The notes beneath the pieces were generated by a model that was given only the letters and a program-made list of their open reading frames with translations, searched no databases and had not been told where the DNA came from. A stretch of 64,000 bases of DNA from contig OZ253442.1 in the NCBI GenBank assembly GCA_965261085.1, positions 1,632,001 through 1,696,000 on the forward strand, read 5' to 3'. Every line of letters begins with the position of its first letter. The first letter of the stretch is position 1. The DNA comes from a bacterium. GTDB taxonomy: Bacteria; UBA8248. Position numbers and translations under genes: made by a program. Positions 31,035 through 41,350 of the stretch are shown in pieces.

Positions 31035-31532
31035 ATGGATGACGAGACGATGAGTGCGTATGAAATAAAATTGCAGGTGAACGGAAAGGATGAAACCCTC
31101 GCCGTAAAAGGGAATGAGACGCTCCTGCGCGCGCTCAGGCGGATTGGGTATGTGGAAGTCAAGCTCAGTTGCGAGGGCGGCGACTGTGGTGCGTGCGCTA
31201 TTTTACTTGATGGTGTGGCGGTGAACGCTTGCCTCATGTTCGCTGCTCAGGCGGATGGCTCCGAGATCACCACCGTACGCGGCATCGGAACCGAAAATGA
31301 CCTCCACCCGGTTCAGGAGCAGATTATCGAAAAAGGAGGTGTGCAGTGCGGTTTTTGCACACCCGGGATAGTTGTATCGGCAAAAGCGCTCCTGGATGAG
31401 AATCCCGCGCCTACGCGCGAGGATATACAGCGCGGTCTCGCTGGAAATCTTTGCCGATGCACGGGGTACAAAAAGATTTTCGAAGCCGTCGCGGCCGCTG
31501 CTCGGCAGATGAATGAGGGAGACGACTCATGA
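31035..31532 (+). CDS. Xanthine dehydrogenase family 2Fe-2S subunit
   Basis: CEGGDCGAC, QCGFCTPG, GNLCRCTGY. Confidence 0.95.
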   Translation: MDDETMSAYEIKLQVNGKDETLAVKGNETLLRALRRIGYVEVKLSCEGGDCGACAILLDGVAVNACLMFAAQADGSEITTVRGIGTENDLHPVQEQIIEKGGVQCGFCTPGIVVSAKALLDENPAPTREDIQRGLAGNLCRCTGYKKIFEAVAAAARQMNEGDDS

Positions 31533-33799
31533 ACACGCGCGTCGTCGGCCGGCCTCATCCCATCATCGATGCCGTGGAGAAAGTCTCCGGCGCCACGATA
31601 TTCATCAATGATTTGGAGCTTCCGGGCGCTCTTGTCGGCATGGCCCTGCGAAGTCCTCATCCCCATGCGAAGATATTGTATCTCGATACCTCGGACGCGG
31701 AGCGCCTGCCGGGAGTCGCCGTCGTTCTTTCGAGGAACAATACGCCAAACGCACCTTTCGGCATCAATCACAAGGATGAAGCCGCGTTTTGCCGCGAGAA
31801 GGTGCGCTACGTGGGAGACGAAGTCGCCGCCGTTGCGGCCGTGGATGAGGAGGCGGCGCGCGAGGCGCTCTCGCTCATTCGCGTGGAATATGAGGTTTTG
31901 CCCACGGTCGCGGATCCTTTCGTGGCGCAAGCGCCGGATGCGCTTCTTGTCCATGATTCCGTTGCCGGCAACATCGCGAACGAGTTTCATATCAAGCGCG
32001 GCGAGATAGACGAGGCGTTTCATACGGCTGATGCTACGTTCTCGGATGATTTCCACACCCATCTCGCGCACCAGGCGTATATCGAACCCACGGGTTGCGC
32101 GGCAAAGTGGCATCCGGACGGGAAAATCTCCCTCTGGGGTTGTTTGCAGTCGGTGTTTTTGATTCGAACGTTTATGCTGGCGCCCGTCATGGGCATGTCC
32201 CCCGATGATTTTCGCGTGACGCAAACAAAACCGGGCGGCGCGTTCGGAGGCAAGCTGGACGTGAAAGCGGCTCTTATGGCTGCGATGTTGAGCCGCGCGG
32301 CGGAAAAGCCCGTCCGGTTCATCATGAGCCTGGAGGAAGATTTAACCGCCATGCGCCCGAGGATGCCGGTGCACATATCCCTGGAATCCGCCTGGATGAG
32401 CGATGGCGCGCTCGCGGGCAAGCGCGTCAAAATCGTGGCGGAAAACGGCGCTTACAGCTCGCTGTCCCCGGCCATTATGAGTTCCATCGCGCTGCGGACG
32501 GATAATCTCTACAAAACGCCTGCCGCGGAGATTCAGGGAAAACTCGTCTATACGAACGTGATTCCCTCGGGCCAGATGCGGGGGTTTGGCAACGTGCAGG
32601 CGACTTACGCCTGGGAGAGTCACCTTGACAACGTGGCCGATGGCTTAGGCGTGGACCCGGCCGAACTTCGCCTCAAGAACTATACCGAAAAGGGAGATGT
32701 CTCGCTCCACGGCTGGAAAATCGCCAGTTGCGCCGTGGCCGACGCCACGAGATACGTGGTGGACAAAATAGACTGGAAAGCCAAGCGCGCCCGGGGAGGA
32801 AAAGGCCGTGGCGTAGGTCTTGCGAGTTGCATCCATGTTTCGGGAAACAAAGGATTTTCCGTCGAACTGGGGCCCGATGGCACCGATCCCTCGAGCGGTG
32901 TGGTTCGCGTGGATGAGGAGGGAAAAGTCGAAATATGGTCGGGCGAGTCGGATTTGGGCCAGGGCGCCACGAGCGTGATGGCCTATATCGCCTCTGAGGT
33001 CTTGGGTATTCCGGTCGACCGGTTCAAGGTGCCTCCCACGGATACGGGCTACATGCCCTTCGGTATGGGGGCGTTCGCGAGCCGTATTACTTTGATTGGC
33101 GGAAACGCCGTAAAAATCGCTGCGGAAGACGCGCGTAGAAATTTATTGGATGCGGCGGCGGATTTCATGGAAATTCCAGCGGATGAAATCGAAATTATCG
33201 AGGGAGAAGTCCGGGCGAAAGCCCTCCCCGAGCGGAAGATGACGGTGGGCGAAGTCGTCAGGCGGGCGGGAAGCGTGATTGAAGGCAACGGAAAATGGCT
33301 GGCCGGGGGAGACGTGCTCGATAAGGAGAAATACGGGAATCCCTCGACCACGTATTCTTTCAGCACCCATGCCGCCGAGGTGGAAGTGGATATGGAGACG
33401 GGGCTCGTCACCGTTTTGCAGATTTGCTGTGGGCATGACCCGGGCCGGGTGATCAATAGGCTGGGCGCCGAGGGCCAGGTCGAGGGCGGTGCGGTTCAGG
33501 GGATGAGCTTCGCGATGATGGAAGGCCTGGCGCCGCTGGAGGGGCATATACGCGGCAGGAATTTTCACGACTATTTGATCGCCACCTCGATGGATGCCCC
33601 GCCGATAGAGCATGATTTCTTTGAATCGATGGATCCTTACGGCCCCTATGGCGCCAAGGGTTTGGCCGAAGTGGCGATAAACCCGATTACGGCGGCGATT
33701 TGCAACGCCGTCTATCATGCGACGGGCGGCGCGCGGATTCACAGCCTGCCCATCAGCCCCGAACGCGTTCTCGAGGCGATCGAAGAAGCAAGGAAATAA
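31529..33799 (+). CDS. Xanthine dehydrogenase family molybdopterin-binding subunit
   Basis: LRSPHPHA, GGAFGGK, QMRGFG, DLGQG, FASR, GQVEGG, GAKGLAE. Confidence 0.95.
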   Translation: MNTRVVGRPHPIIDAVEKVSGATIFINDLELPGALVGMALRSPHPHAKILYLDTSDAERLPGVAVVLSRNNTPNAPFGINHKDEAAFCREKVRYVGDEVAAVAAVDEEAAREALSLIRVEYEVLPTVADPFVAQAPDALLVHDSVAGNIANEFHIKRGEIDEAFHTADATFSDDFHTHLAHQAYIEPTGCAAKWHPDGKISLWGCLQSVFLIRTFMLAPVMGMSPDDFRVTQTKPGGAFGGKLDVKAALMAAMLSRAAEKPVRFIMSLEEDLTAMRPRMPVHISLESAWMSDGALAGKRVKIVAENGAYSSLSPAIMSSIALRTDNLYKTPAAEIQGKLVYTNVIPSGQMRGFGNVQATYAWESHLDNVADGLGVDPAELRLKNYTEKGDVSLHGWKIASCAVADATRYVVDKIDWKAKRARGGKGRGVGLASCIHVSGNKGFSVELGPDGTDPSSGVVRVDEEGKVEIWSGESDLGQGATSVMAYIASEVLGIPVDRFKVPPTDTGYMPFGMGAFASRITLIGGNAVKIAAEDARRNLLDAAADFMEIPADEIEIIEGEVRAKALPERKMTVGEVVRRAGSVIEGNGKWLAGGDVLDKEKYGNPSTTYSFSTHAAEVEVDMETGLVTVLQICCGHDPGRVINRLGAEGQVEGGAVQGMSFAMMEGLAPLEGHIRGRNFHDYLIATSMDAPPIEHDFFESMDPYGPYGAKGLAEVAINPITAAICNAVYHATGGARIHSLPISPERVLEAIEEARK

Positions 33800-33847
33800 A
33801 ATACCTCTTGAATTCGCTCAAATTCGCTCAATTTCCCGGGTGACCCC

Positions 33848-35479
33848 GTGCAAAATCTCTCCTGCGGCGTATTGATCCTGGGCGGCGGACCCGCCGCGAT
33901 GACGGCGGCCATCGCCGCCATGGATAGCGGTGCGGACGCGCTTTTGGTCTGCAAGCAGTCTCCAGGCAGTTCGGGCAACATCGTCATGGCCCGGGCGGGG
34001 CATTCGGCGAATTTCGCGCCCGATGACAGCGCGGCCCTGTTCCTGGAGGATACCCTGGAGGGCGGCGCGCACCTCAATCACCCCGCCGTCGCCGACGCCA
34101 TGTGCGCGGATTCCGCCGCGCGGATTCGCGACCTCTACGACTGGGGAATCCCTTTCATCACGCGCGAGGACGGCTCTTTCGACTTACACCCCCAGGGCGG
34201 CCACAAGAGGGACCGCGGCATTTACCCGCTCAGGAACTGGGGCGTGGAGGTGGCGAGGCCGCTGCGCAAAAAGCTGGACGCCGACGCCGCCCGGATTCTC
34301 GAAAACGTCATGGCCGTGGATTTACTCGTGGATGAGGGGGTGTGCCGGGGCGTCATCGGCTTTCATACGAGAAGCGGGGAGATTTACGCCATATCCGCCG
34401 CAGCCACCATATTGGCCACGGGCGGGGCGGGCCAGATATTTTCGGAGAACACGAACGCGGGCGGCATCACGGGAGACGGCTTCGGGGTGGCGCTGCGGGC
34501 GGGTCTCGCCCTCTCCGATATGGAGTTCGTCCAGTTCTACCCGGCCGTCATCAAGCGCCCCGAGAGCAATATGGTGGTGGCGCCCACGCTGTTCCCCCTC
34601 GGCGCGCGGTTCCTGAACCGGGATGGTGAGGACGTCCTGCGCGATGTGCCCGGCGGCGGCGGCGCCACGCGAGATTTGATGTCGCGGGCGGTCTATCTCG
34701 AACTCATGCGGGGCGGCGGGGTGGACGGCGCGGTGCGGATGGATTTGTCCGGCATATCGATGGCCGATCTGGAGCATTTCGCCCCCGACAACTTGAAACT
34801 CTTCGCCAGGAGGGGCGTTTCGCCCCACGGCGGCGATATCTACGTCTCGCCCAAGGCCCATTTCTTCATGGGCGGGGTGCCGATCGATGGAAACGGCGCG
34901 ACGGCCATGCCGGGCCTCTACGCGGCCGGTGAGGTGAGCGCGGGCGCGCACGGGGCGAACCGCCTCTCGAACAACGCCTTCACCGAGGCCCATACGCTGG
35001 GCTGGCGAGCGGCCAAAGCCGCCGCCGACTGTGCGGCTGGCATGAACGGGGCGGCGATAAACCCTGCGCTCGTGAAGGCTCATGCCGATGCGCTCACGGC
35101 GCGCGCGGGCAGGGTGAACCGCGCGGTGGAGTTCACCCGCGAGATCAAGCGCCTCTGCTGGGAGAAGGCCGGCATCGTGCGCGAGAGGGGCCTGCTGGAG
35201 GAGGCGAGGGACGAACTAGACGAGGCCCGGCGCGGCCTGGCCGCGTGCGGGGGGAGCGAGCCCGCGCGGCTAATAGAGGCCATCGAGGCGGAGAACATGT
35301 GCCTGAGCGCGCGGGCGGTCGTGGAGTCCGCGCTCATGCGGACGGAGAGCCGGGGCGCGCACTACCGGACCGATTATCCCGAGCCGGACGATGCGCGGTG
35401 GCGGGTGAACATTTTCGTGAAAAAAGATGAAAACTCATTTTTGGCTTGCACCCGCCCCGTCGGCGCCCATGCGTGGTGA
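33848..35479 (+). CDS. Succinate dehydrogenase/fumarate reductase/L-aspartate oxidase family flavoprotein
   Basis: GGGPAA, LATGG, MEFVQFYP, HFFMGG, HGANRL, ESRGAHYR. Confidence 0.9.
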   Translation: MQNLSCGVLILGGGPAAMTAAIAAMDSGADALLVCKQSPGSSGNIVMARAGHSANFAPDDSAALFLEDTLEGGAHLNHPAVADAMCADSAARIRDLYDWGIPFITREDGSFDLHPQGGHKRDRGIYPLRNWGVEVARPLRKKLDADAARILENVMAVDLLVDEGVCRGVIGFHTRSGEIYAISAAATILATGGAGQIFSENTNAGGITGDGFGVALRAGLALSDMEFVQFYPAVIKRPESNMVVAPTLFPLGARFLNRDGEDVLRDVPGGGGATRDLMSRAVYLELMRGGGVDGAVRMDLSGISMADLEHFAPDNLKLFARRGVSPHGGDIYVSPKAHFFMGGVPIDGNGATAMPGLYAAGEVSAGAHGANRLSNNAFTEAHTLGWRAAKAAADCAAGMNGAAINPALVKAHADALTARAGRVNRAVEFTREIKRLCWEKAGIVRERGLLEEARDELDEARRGLAACGGSEPARLIEAIEAENMCLSARAVVESALMRTESRGAHYRTDYPEPDDARWRVNIFVKKDENSFLACTRPVGAHAW

Positions 35480-35749
35480 AACCCCGTAACACATTATATA
35501 TCAATGAGATATTCCTTCATTTATTTACCGGAAAACCCCGTGAATTTATCGATATTTTCAGGTATTCATCCCTTTTTGAAAAAACAGCATCCTAGGGTAT
35601 CGCACGGACATCCTGCCGTGCGCCCGCCCCCCAGCCATGACGCCAATTGCAGGCAAATGCGCGCGCGGTTTTTCATCGGTGATTTCTGCGGGAGCGTTTG
35701 ACCCGATTGACGAGGGAGGGCGAGCGGGGCGAGTGAAGCATGATTCTCT

Positions 35750-36190
35750 CCAACCCCCCAACCCCCCTTGTCAGGGGGGCTTTGTTTCTTACCCCCCTGT
35801 CAAGGGGGGGTAGGGGGGGTTGCTCCTGCGGGATTATGCCGACCAACGCGGGGGGTCAGTTCCTCCCTTCCCGGTCGGAGCCGCCCTTCGATACGCCGTC
35901 TTCGTCGGCTACTCAGGGTGAAGTCGATACAGTGGCGATGCAAGACGAGGGGAGGGAGTGTTCATGGCAAGGAAGGATGGGGGGGAGTCGGAGGGAATAG
36001 TGCTTTACCCGTCCCGCTCGCCCTCTTTCGGCTGGTAAAAGCAACCCCCCTGTCCCCCCTTGTCAGGGGGGTAAAGGCCATGCGCCCCGTCGAGGGGGTA
36101 AAGGCCATGCCACCCGACGAGGGGGTAAAGGCCATGCCACCCGACGAGGGGGTGTTGAAAAAGCCCCCCTGACAAGGGGGGACAGGGGGG
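35750..36190. repeat. Mosaic of palindromic repeats (CCCCCCTTGTCAGGGGGG family) with a 27-bp tandem triplet
   Basis: Several CCCCCC-TTGTCA/TGACAA-GGGGGG hairpins; GGGGGTAAAGGCCATGC unit x3 at about 36067-36147; 35950-36095 is the reverse complement of about 47150-47293. Confidence 0.8.
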
Positions 36191-36202
36191 TTTATGACAA
36201 GA

Positions 36203-36538
36203 GGGGTTGTTGAAAAACCCCTGATTCCGTGAATTGGTGAATGAAACCAACCGGGGAGGAGAGTCCGTAGGGACAATCCCTCCTCGGGGTCGTCCCACAG
36301 GTCGCGACCTGTCCTTACAGGGCGGTGCGGTTTTGTTCGTCATTCCGGCGAAAGCTGGTGGCAACCGCGAGGTTGACCATTTGTTTTGCCTTTGTTTTTT
36401 ATTTTCTGATTGGTTCCCGTCGATGACGAGGAGATGAAAAGCCGGAGTTTTGTCCTTTTGCATCAGAATGGATTCCGGCTTTCGCCGGAATGACGACGGT
36501 GGTTAACTCCGAGCGCGGAGGGCTTTTTCAACAGCCCT
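36203..36538 (+). mobile_element. MITE with IS1182-type ends (copy 1)
   Basis: Starts GGGGTTGTTGAAAAACCCCTGA like the IS1182; ends GGGCTTTTTCAACAGCCC; body nearly identical to 46741-47037. Confidence 0.85.
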
Positions 36539-36833
36539 TCATCAGTCGCGTTTCACCCCCAGCATCCAAGCAAAAAAAAAGGAACCGCCCACCCTCCCGT
36601 ATCCAGGTCGGTTGCCTGGGAGAGGGGGGCAGTCCCTTTTTCCGGTGTTACGGTGTTGCCAAGCGTCCTGATGCTGCGTATAAAAGAGAGCGGGGGTTGC
36701 CCCTTGTTCCCAATCCCGGCCCGAGGACTCAAACTCTAAGCAAGGAGTGGTACAGTTTGCCCTATCACGAGGGAAGCAACCAACGGGCAACCCCCATTTC
36801 GCTCTCCTTCAAAGCATCGTGCTCTTTCGGTTT

Positions 36834-38551
36834 CTACCTGTTCGCCCCGAATGCCCCGATGAAGGCGGCGCTTCCCACCGGAGCGCTTTGCTGGGTAGCA
36901 CATAAAAGGTTCCCGCCACCGAGCCGGGATGCTGAGACGAATACGTCGTTGTTATTGTTCTTGTTGTAACACCATCAGTCGGAGTATCCGCCGCAGTCAC
37001 TGTTGTCGGCGATTCTTTTTTGTATCTCAGTCCGAAAAACTGGCCCTTCCATGCGCCGCTGAAGGATTTCCCATCAACCACGCCGATGGCCACACCAGCT
37101 TCAAATGCGGCATTTATAGTATCGTTGTCAAAGGTCTGTTTCTGTAATTCGATGCTGCCCGCCATGGATTGTCCACCGGCGGTGATGTTGGTGACCGCGC
37201 CTTCGATGCTGCCCTCGCCATCCGTACCTGTGCCTGTCGGATTCTGGAACTCGGCGGTGAGTTCAACTGTCGCCCGGAAATAGCCCGTCTCTCCTCCCGC
37301 GAGGTAGGCGCCGTTCGCATCCCCCTTGTAGGTGGCCGTTACATCTTCGCCGTCTTTCACAAATCCGCTGATGCGGTCGAATCCAGTAGTATCCCCGCAT
37401 AATCTGTTCGTTATGGTTGTTCCGGATGTAGATGTAGTTTGACCACTATTTTCATTACCACTACAGAAGTTTGAAGTGGCGATGATGGGTTGGCCACCAT
37501 ACGTGAAAGCCGTTATTCTGGAATCGCTCAGATTTCCGTTGTCCACCGTAAGCCAGATTCCGGCGAGCAGATAATCGGTGTCGGGTTTATAGTCATACCG
37601 GTCGTCGTGAAGCGTATCGGTTTCATCAGCCGCGACTTTATTTCTTACCCTTCTCTCTTTACTGATGTCCGTGTAGGCGTTGACGAAGGTGGTGCCGCCT
37701 TCGTTTTTCAGATCGAAGCCATTGGAAAGGCGGCCCGTTCCACTGAGTTTAGGCGTCTTGCTGTTCGATGTAAGACCCTGTACCAAAACCGTCCGCTGTC
37801 CAATTTTTCTGTTTGCGCCGGTCCCGATATCCGCAGGGTATTCAGCGCATGGCGCAACGCAAGGAGTACGAGGGTTGCCGCTGGACGGGCCTGAGTTACC
37901 AGCCGGGCCTACGACAATGCTTCCGGCTGTCAGGGCGGCCGTGTCCAACACGGCGTCAGAGAGGAGTTTGTTGTCTCTCATGTGCTTGATGAGGGAGGAG
38001 TTGTTCGTCAGAGCGGCCTCGCTCGCTTGCCGTTGTCTGCGAGCGGACGCAACCGCATTTGCGGCGCTCAGGATGGACCCAACCGACGATTGCGCGCTTA
38101 TCAGGTCACCACGCGCCGCCTGCGCCTCCGCCAGCGCGCTTTCCGCATCCTCCGGCATGGTGGCCGCATCCGCCGTGTCTTTCGCGTCTTCAATCTCCGT
38201 CAAGAGGTCTTGCGCTTCGACTGCAAGAGCGAGAGCTCTTGTTATCTGATCGGGCGTGGCGTCGTCGTGGGCCTGCACCGCCGCCGCTGCAGATCGCGCC
38301 GCCAGTGCTCGATCAATAGCGTCGTCGACGATGTCGTCGAGATCATCCTGCGCGTCTGCTATCCTTTTCTCGTCCGTCGGCCCCGGAGCCATGCAGTCCG
38401 GGTACGTCCCGACTTGACCCTCCGTACACATCATCACCGCGCCGTCGTCGTCCATGGCGGAACCGCCGCCTCCGCCACCGCAACCGGAGGCAAATGCCGT
38501 AATGAACACCACAAAAACCATCAAGCCCAAATATCTGAGCATTTTCATCAT
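36834..38551 (-). CDS. Surface lipoprotein with transferrin-binding-protein-like C-terminal barrel; +2 frameshift near 3' end
   Basis: Lipobox FASGC-GGGGGG; DYLLAGIWL, ATYKGDANG, GAWKGQFFG, VAGTF; natural end ATQQSAPVGSAAFIGAFGANR* lies in another frame after an extra GT at about 36900. Confidence 0.75.
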
Positions 38552-38735
38552 TTGCCCCCTAAGGCTACGCCCCCCTTCCAGGAAATCAGAAGGGGGCGGG
38601 CGGAAAAACTGAATTCAATTTATTACGCTTATGTGCGCCGAAGCGCCGGTAATTCCCGTTCTTTCATCCCCCGGCCCCGGGCGTCATGCCGACGCCCGGG
38701 GCCAAAGGGGCGTCATGTCTATCCTCTTATTACTA

Positions 38736-40512
38736 TTACTCCGCCTTCCAAGAGCCGAACGCGCCCAGAATGCTCACCGGGGCAGTGCCACCACTCGTAC
38801 CGCTGAAAGTGCCTGCGGCGGTCGTGGGGAATTCGGATTCAATCGCCTTGCCGGTCGCCTTGTTGGGGCCGTAGAACTGGCCGCCCCACGCGCCCTTCAA
38901 CAAGGCGCTTCCCAAGGTGCCCTCAGTGACGCCGATGAAGCCGCCGTCGCTGGCGCCATTTGCTGCACCCGCGATGACTTTCGCCCTCTTCAACGTCAGC
39001 GAACCTTCCATGTCCATGCCGCCGGCCCTGATGTTGGAGACGGTTCCGGTGACGGCGCCTATGAGCAGCCCGTCATTGTCGGTAACAGCCGCCTCACTAC
39101 CAGGTGTGTTATCAGCCCCGGCGTTGCCGCCGAAGTTGGCTTCCAGGCTGACGTCCGCGTCGAAGTACTCGACCCATGCCGGCCGCCGAGTACAGGCCGT
39201 TTGCGACACCGTTATACGTCGCGCTGCCCTTGAGTACGGCCATGACGTTGAACCGGTCGTTGCCGTAAGCGAATGCGCCTGCCTGGGCGTCTGGACCGGT
39301 TTTATCCGGGTTGGAGTCTCTGATGGAAGCTTGTACCCAGAAACCCCAGGCGAGGTAGTCGGTATCGGCCTTTTTGGTGCCCGTTGCGTTCGCCACGGGC
39401 TGAAACACGTAGCCCACAGTTGTGATGATTTCGCCCTTGGCGTTGGCGCTTATGGAGCAGTCTGTGGCTGGAGCGCAGTAGAACCGCCCTTCCTGCGCCG
39501 GTATATTGTCGATAGCGGACACATCATGTGTTCCCTCGAAGCTCTTTCCGTCTCCCGGAATAACGCCGGTGATTACATGGTCGTCTGCCAGAGTGACATC
39601 GGCTCCATAGCTCGGCGTCGCCACATCCCCTTGAATGTCCGTGCTGACGACGAGATGAGTTTTCAGCATAGTAGTCTCTTCGGTGGTGGTGTCCGGCAAC
39701 AGCAGATCCTGGGCTTCCCAGTTTCCTTTGGTATTGAAACGTGAAGCAGTTTCACCCGCCAGCAGACGATTACCCTCACCAATTTCAAGCGCAAATGCTG
39801 ATCCACTCGCCTTATGCGCCGCTACTGCCGTGGCCGCTACTGTAGCTACCACAATCTGAGTGCCTTCGTCGGCATCGCTTTTTCCGCCCTGGTTAGTCAA
39901 ACTACCAGCTACAGTTACTGCTGGCTCTCCAATTTGTAAATCAGCATCAGCAGTAGGAGCATCTCCGGCAGCCCCTATTGCGGCGCCCACGTTTTTCGCA
40001 TTGTTAACAGCCTTGGGCGCTTCCGAACCACTCAACTCGGCATTTTCGATATCGTCGCCGTTAAGGGGCTTGTTCGACAGCATAATTATTCCCAGACCGG
40101 TCGCGCCGCCCGCCATCATCGCGCTGTCGCGAGCCGCCTCGGCTGCCGTCTGATACTCCCCGGCCATTGCGGAAGTCGTGGCCATCGCCGCCGAGTCGGA
40201 CGCGCTTTTGGCCATGGCCGCGTACTTATACGCATTGCCTGACGCCACGGGGTCCACCGCGCTGCCCACGGCGGCCATCGCCGCTACCGCCGCCGCCATG
40301 GCGCCTTCCTGCGCGTCACTCAGGGCCTTCGCTTCGATTTGATCAGGCGTCGGGCCTGGATCCACCGGATCCACCGGATCCACCACAGGCGGCATTTCCT
40401 CATCCATATCCATCATGGCGCTGCCGCCGCCGCAGCCGGCGAGCGTCAGCGCAAACACGGCCGCCAGTGCAAAAGCGTAGAACTTGCTTATTGATTTCTC
40501 TCTGAACATCAT
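38736..40512 (-). CDS. Surface lipoprotein, TbpB-like paralog; +1 frameshift at about 39174
   Basis: Lipobox LAGC-GGGS; DYLAWGFW, ATYNGVANG; removing one G in ATGGGTCGAG joins GLYSAAGM to VEYFDAD...GAWGGQFYG...AGTF...ILGAFGSWKAE*. Confidence 0.8.
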
Positions 40513-41001
40513 TTAGTGAGTCCTCCTGATTACAGTAGAAAAAGGGATTTTCAGTGTATTTCCGGCTTTCTCCGATTAACCTCCTTTCCTCGCGTATCTT
40601 TCGGGCCGTAAAACCTGGTTCTGTGTTTTTTTAGTTGACCGGAGAGCAACGACGTTTCGGACGGGCCGTCCGGTCCGTATGGGACAAAATTCAGGAGGCA
40701 TGGGTGTAGCGGGATGGTCCCTGCCTTCGGCAGGGAGGGTCTTTTTGTTTTCCGCCGTCATCCCGAAGGTGACCGCGCCTCGTGAATCGTGTCGCAAACT
40801 TAGGTCAAAAAAGGTTTCTCAACGTATTTCCGCTTTGTCCGGTGAGCCTCCTTCTTCTCGTGTATACATGCGGGCTGTTAATAAGCCGATTGAGATCTTT
40901 TTTCGTCGGCGCCGGAGTGCGAAGAACGGCATGTCGCAGTCCGGGCCGGTTGCGACACAATCCACGAGGTATAGGATCTTGAGGTGGGTTCCCGCCTATT
41001 C

Positions 41002-41241
41002 CGGCCTTCAGGAGAAGGTCGTCTTGTATTCAGCGGGCAGCCCGAAGTCGACTGCACCTCATGGAATGTGTCGCAACATTCATCTTGCTACAGCTATTTC
41101 CGTTTTGTCAAGGTGATTAATCGCCTAATTCGGCCTTCTGTGAGAAGACCGCCTCGTGTCGGCGGGCAGCCGAAGCCTCGTCACCTCGCGGATTGTGTCG
41201 CACAATTTTCATCTTGCGGGAATTTTTCCGGTTTTGTCAAG
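41002..41241 (-). promoter_or_regulatory. Duplicated promoter/leader module upstream of the lipoprotein genes
   Basis: Diverged direct repeats 41002-41112 and 41131-41241; each reads TTGACA-N18-CAAGAT...TGCGACACA on the minus strand. Confidence 0.55.
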
Positions 41242-41350
41242 AGAAAGTTTTTGCTCAATTTCGAGCGGGGGGGGGGGTGGGCTTTGCCGGGGAGGGAAAG
41301 CCTGCGCCTTTGAGGAGTGGGGAGCGATTGTGGTTCCCCTCCTTTATATT

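Noticed and set aside
36067-36147. CRISPR-like array (27-bp period); likewise the 41351-42552 repeats
   Set aside because: No unique spacers of regular length and no cas genes; these are tandem or REP-type repeats.
35740-36969. ORFs across the repeat mosaic (e.g. 35768-36172, 36005-36463), also 46681-47312
   Set aside because: Translations of palindromic repeats and MITEs with no coding signature.
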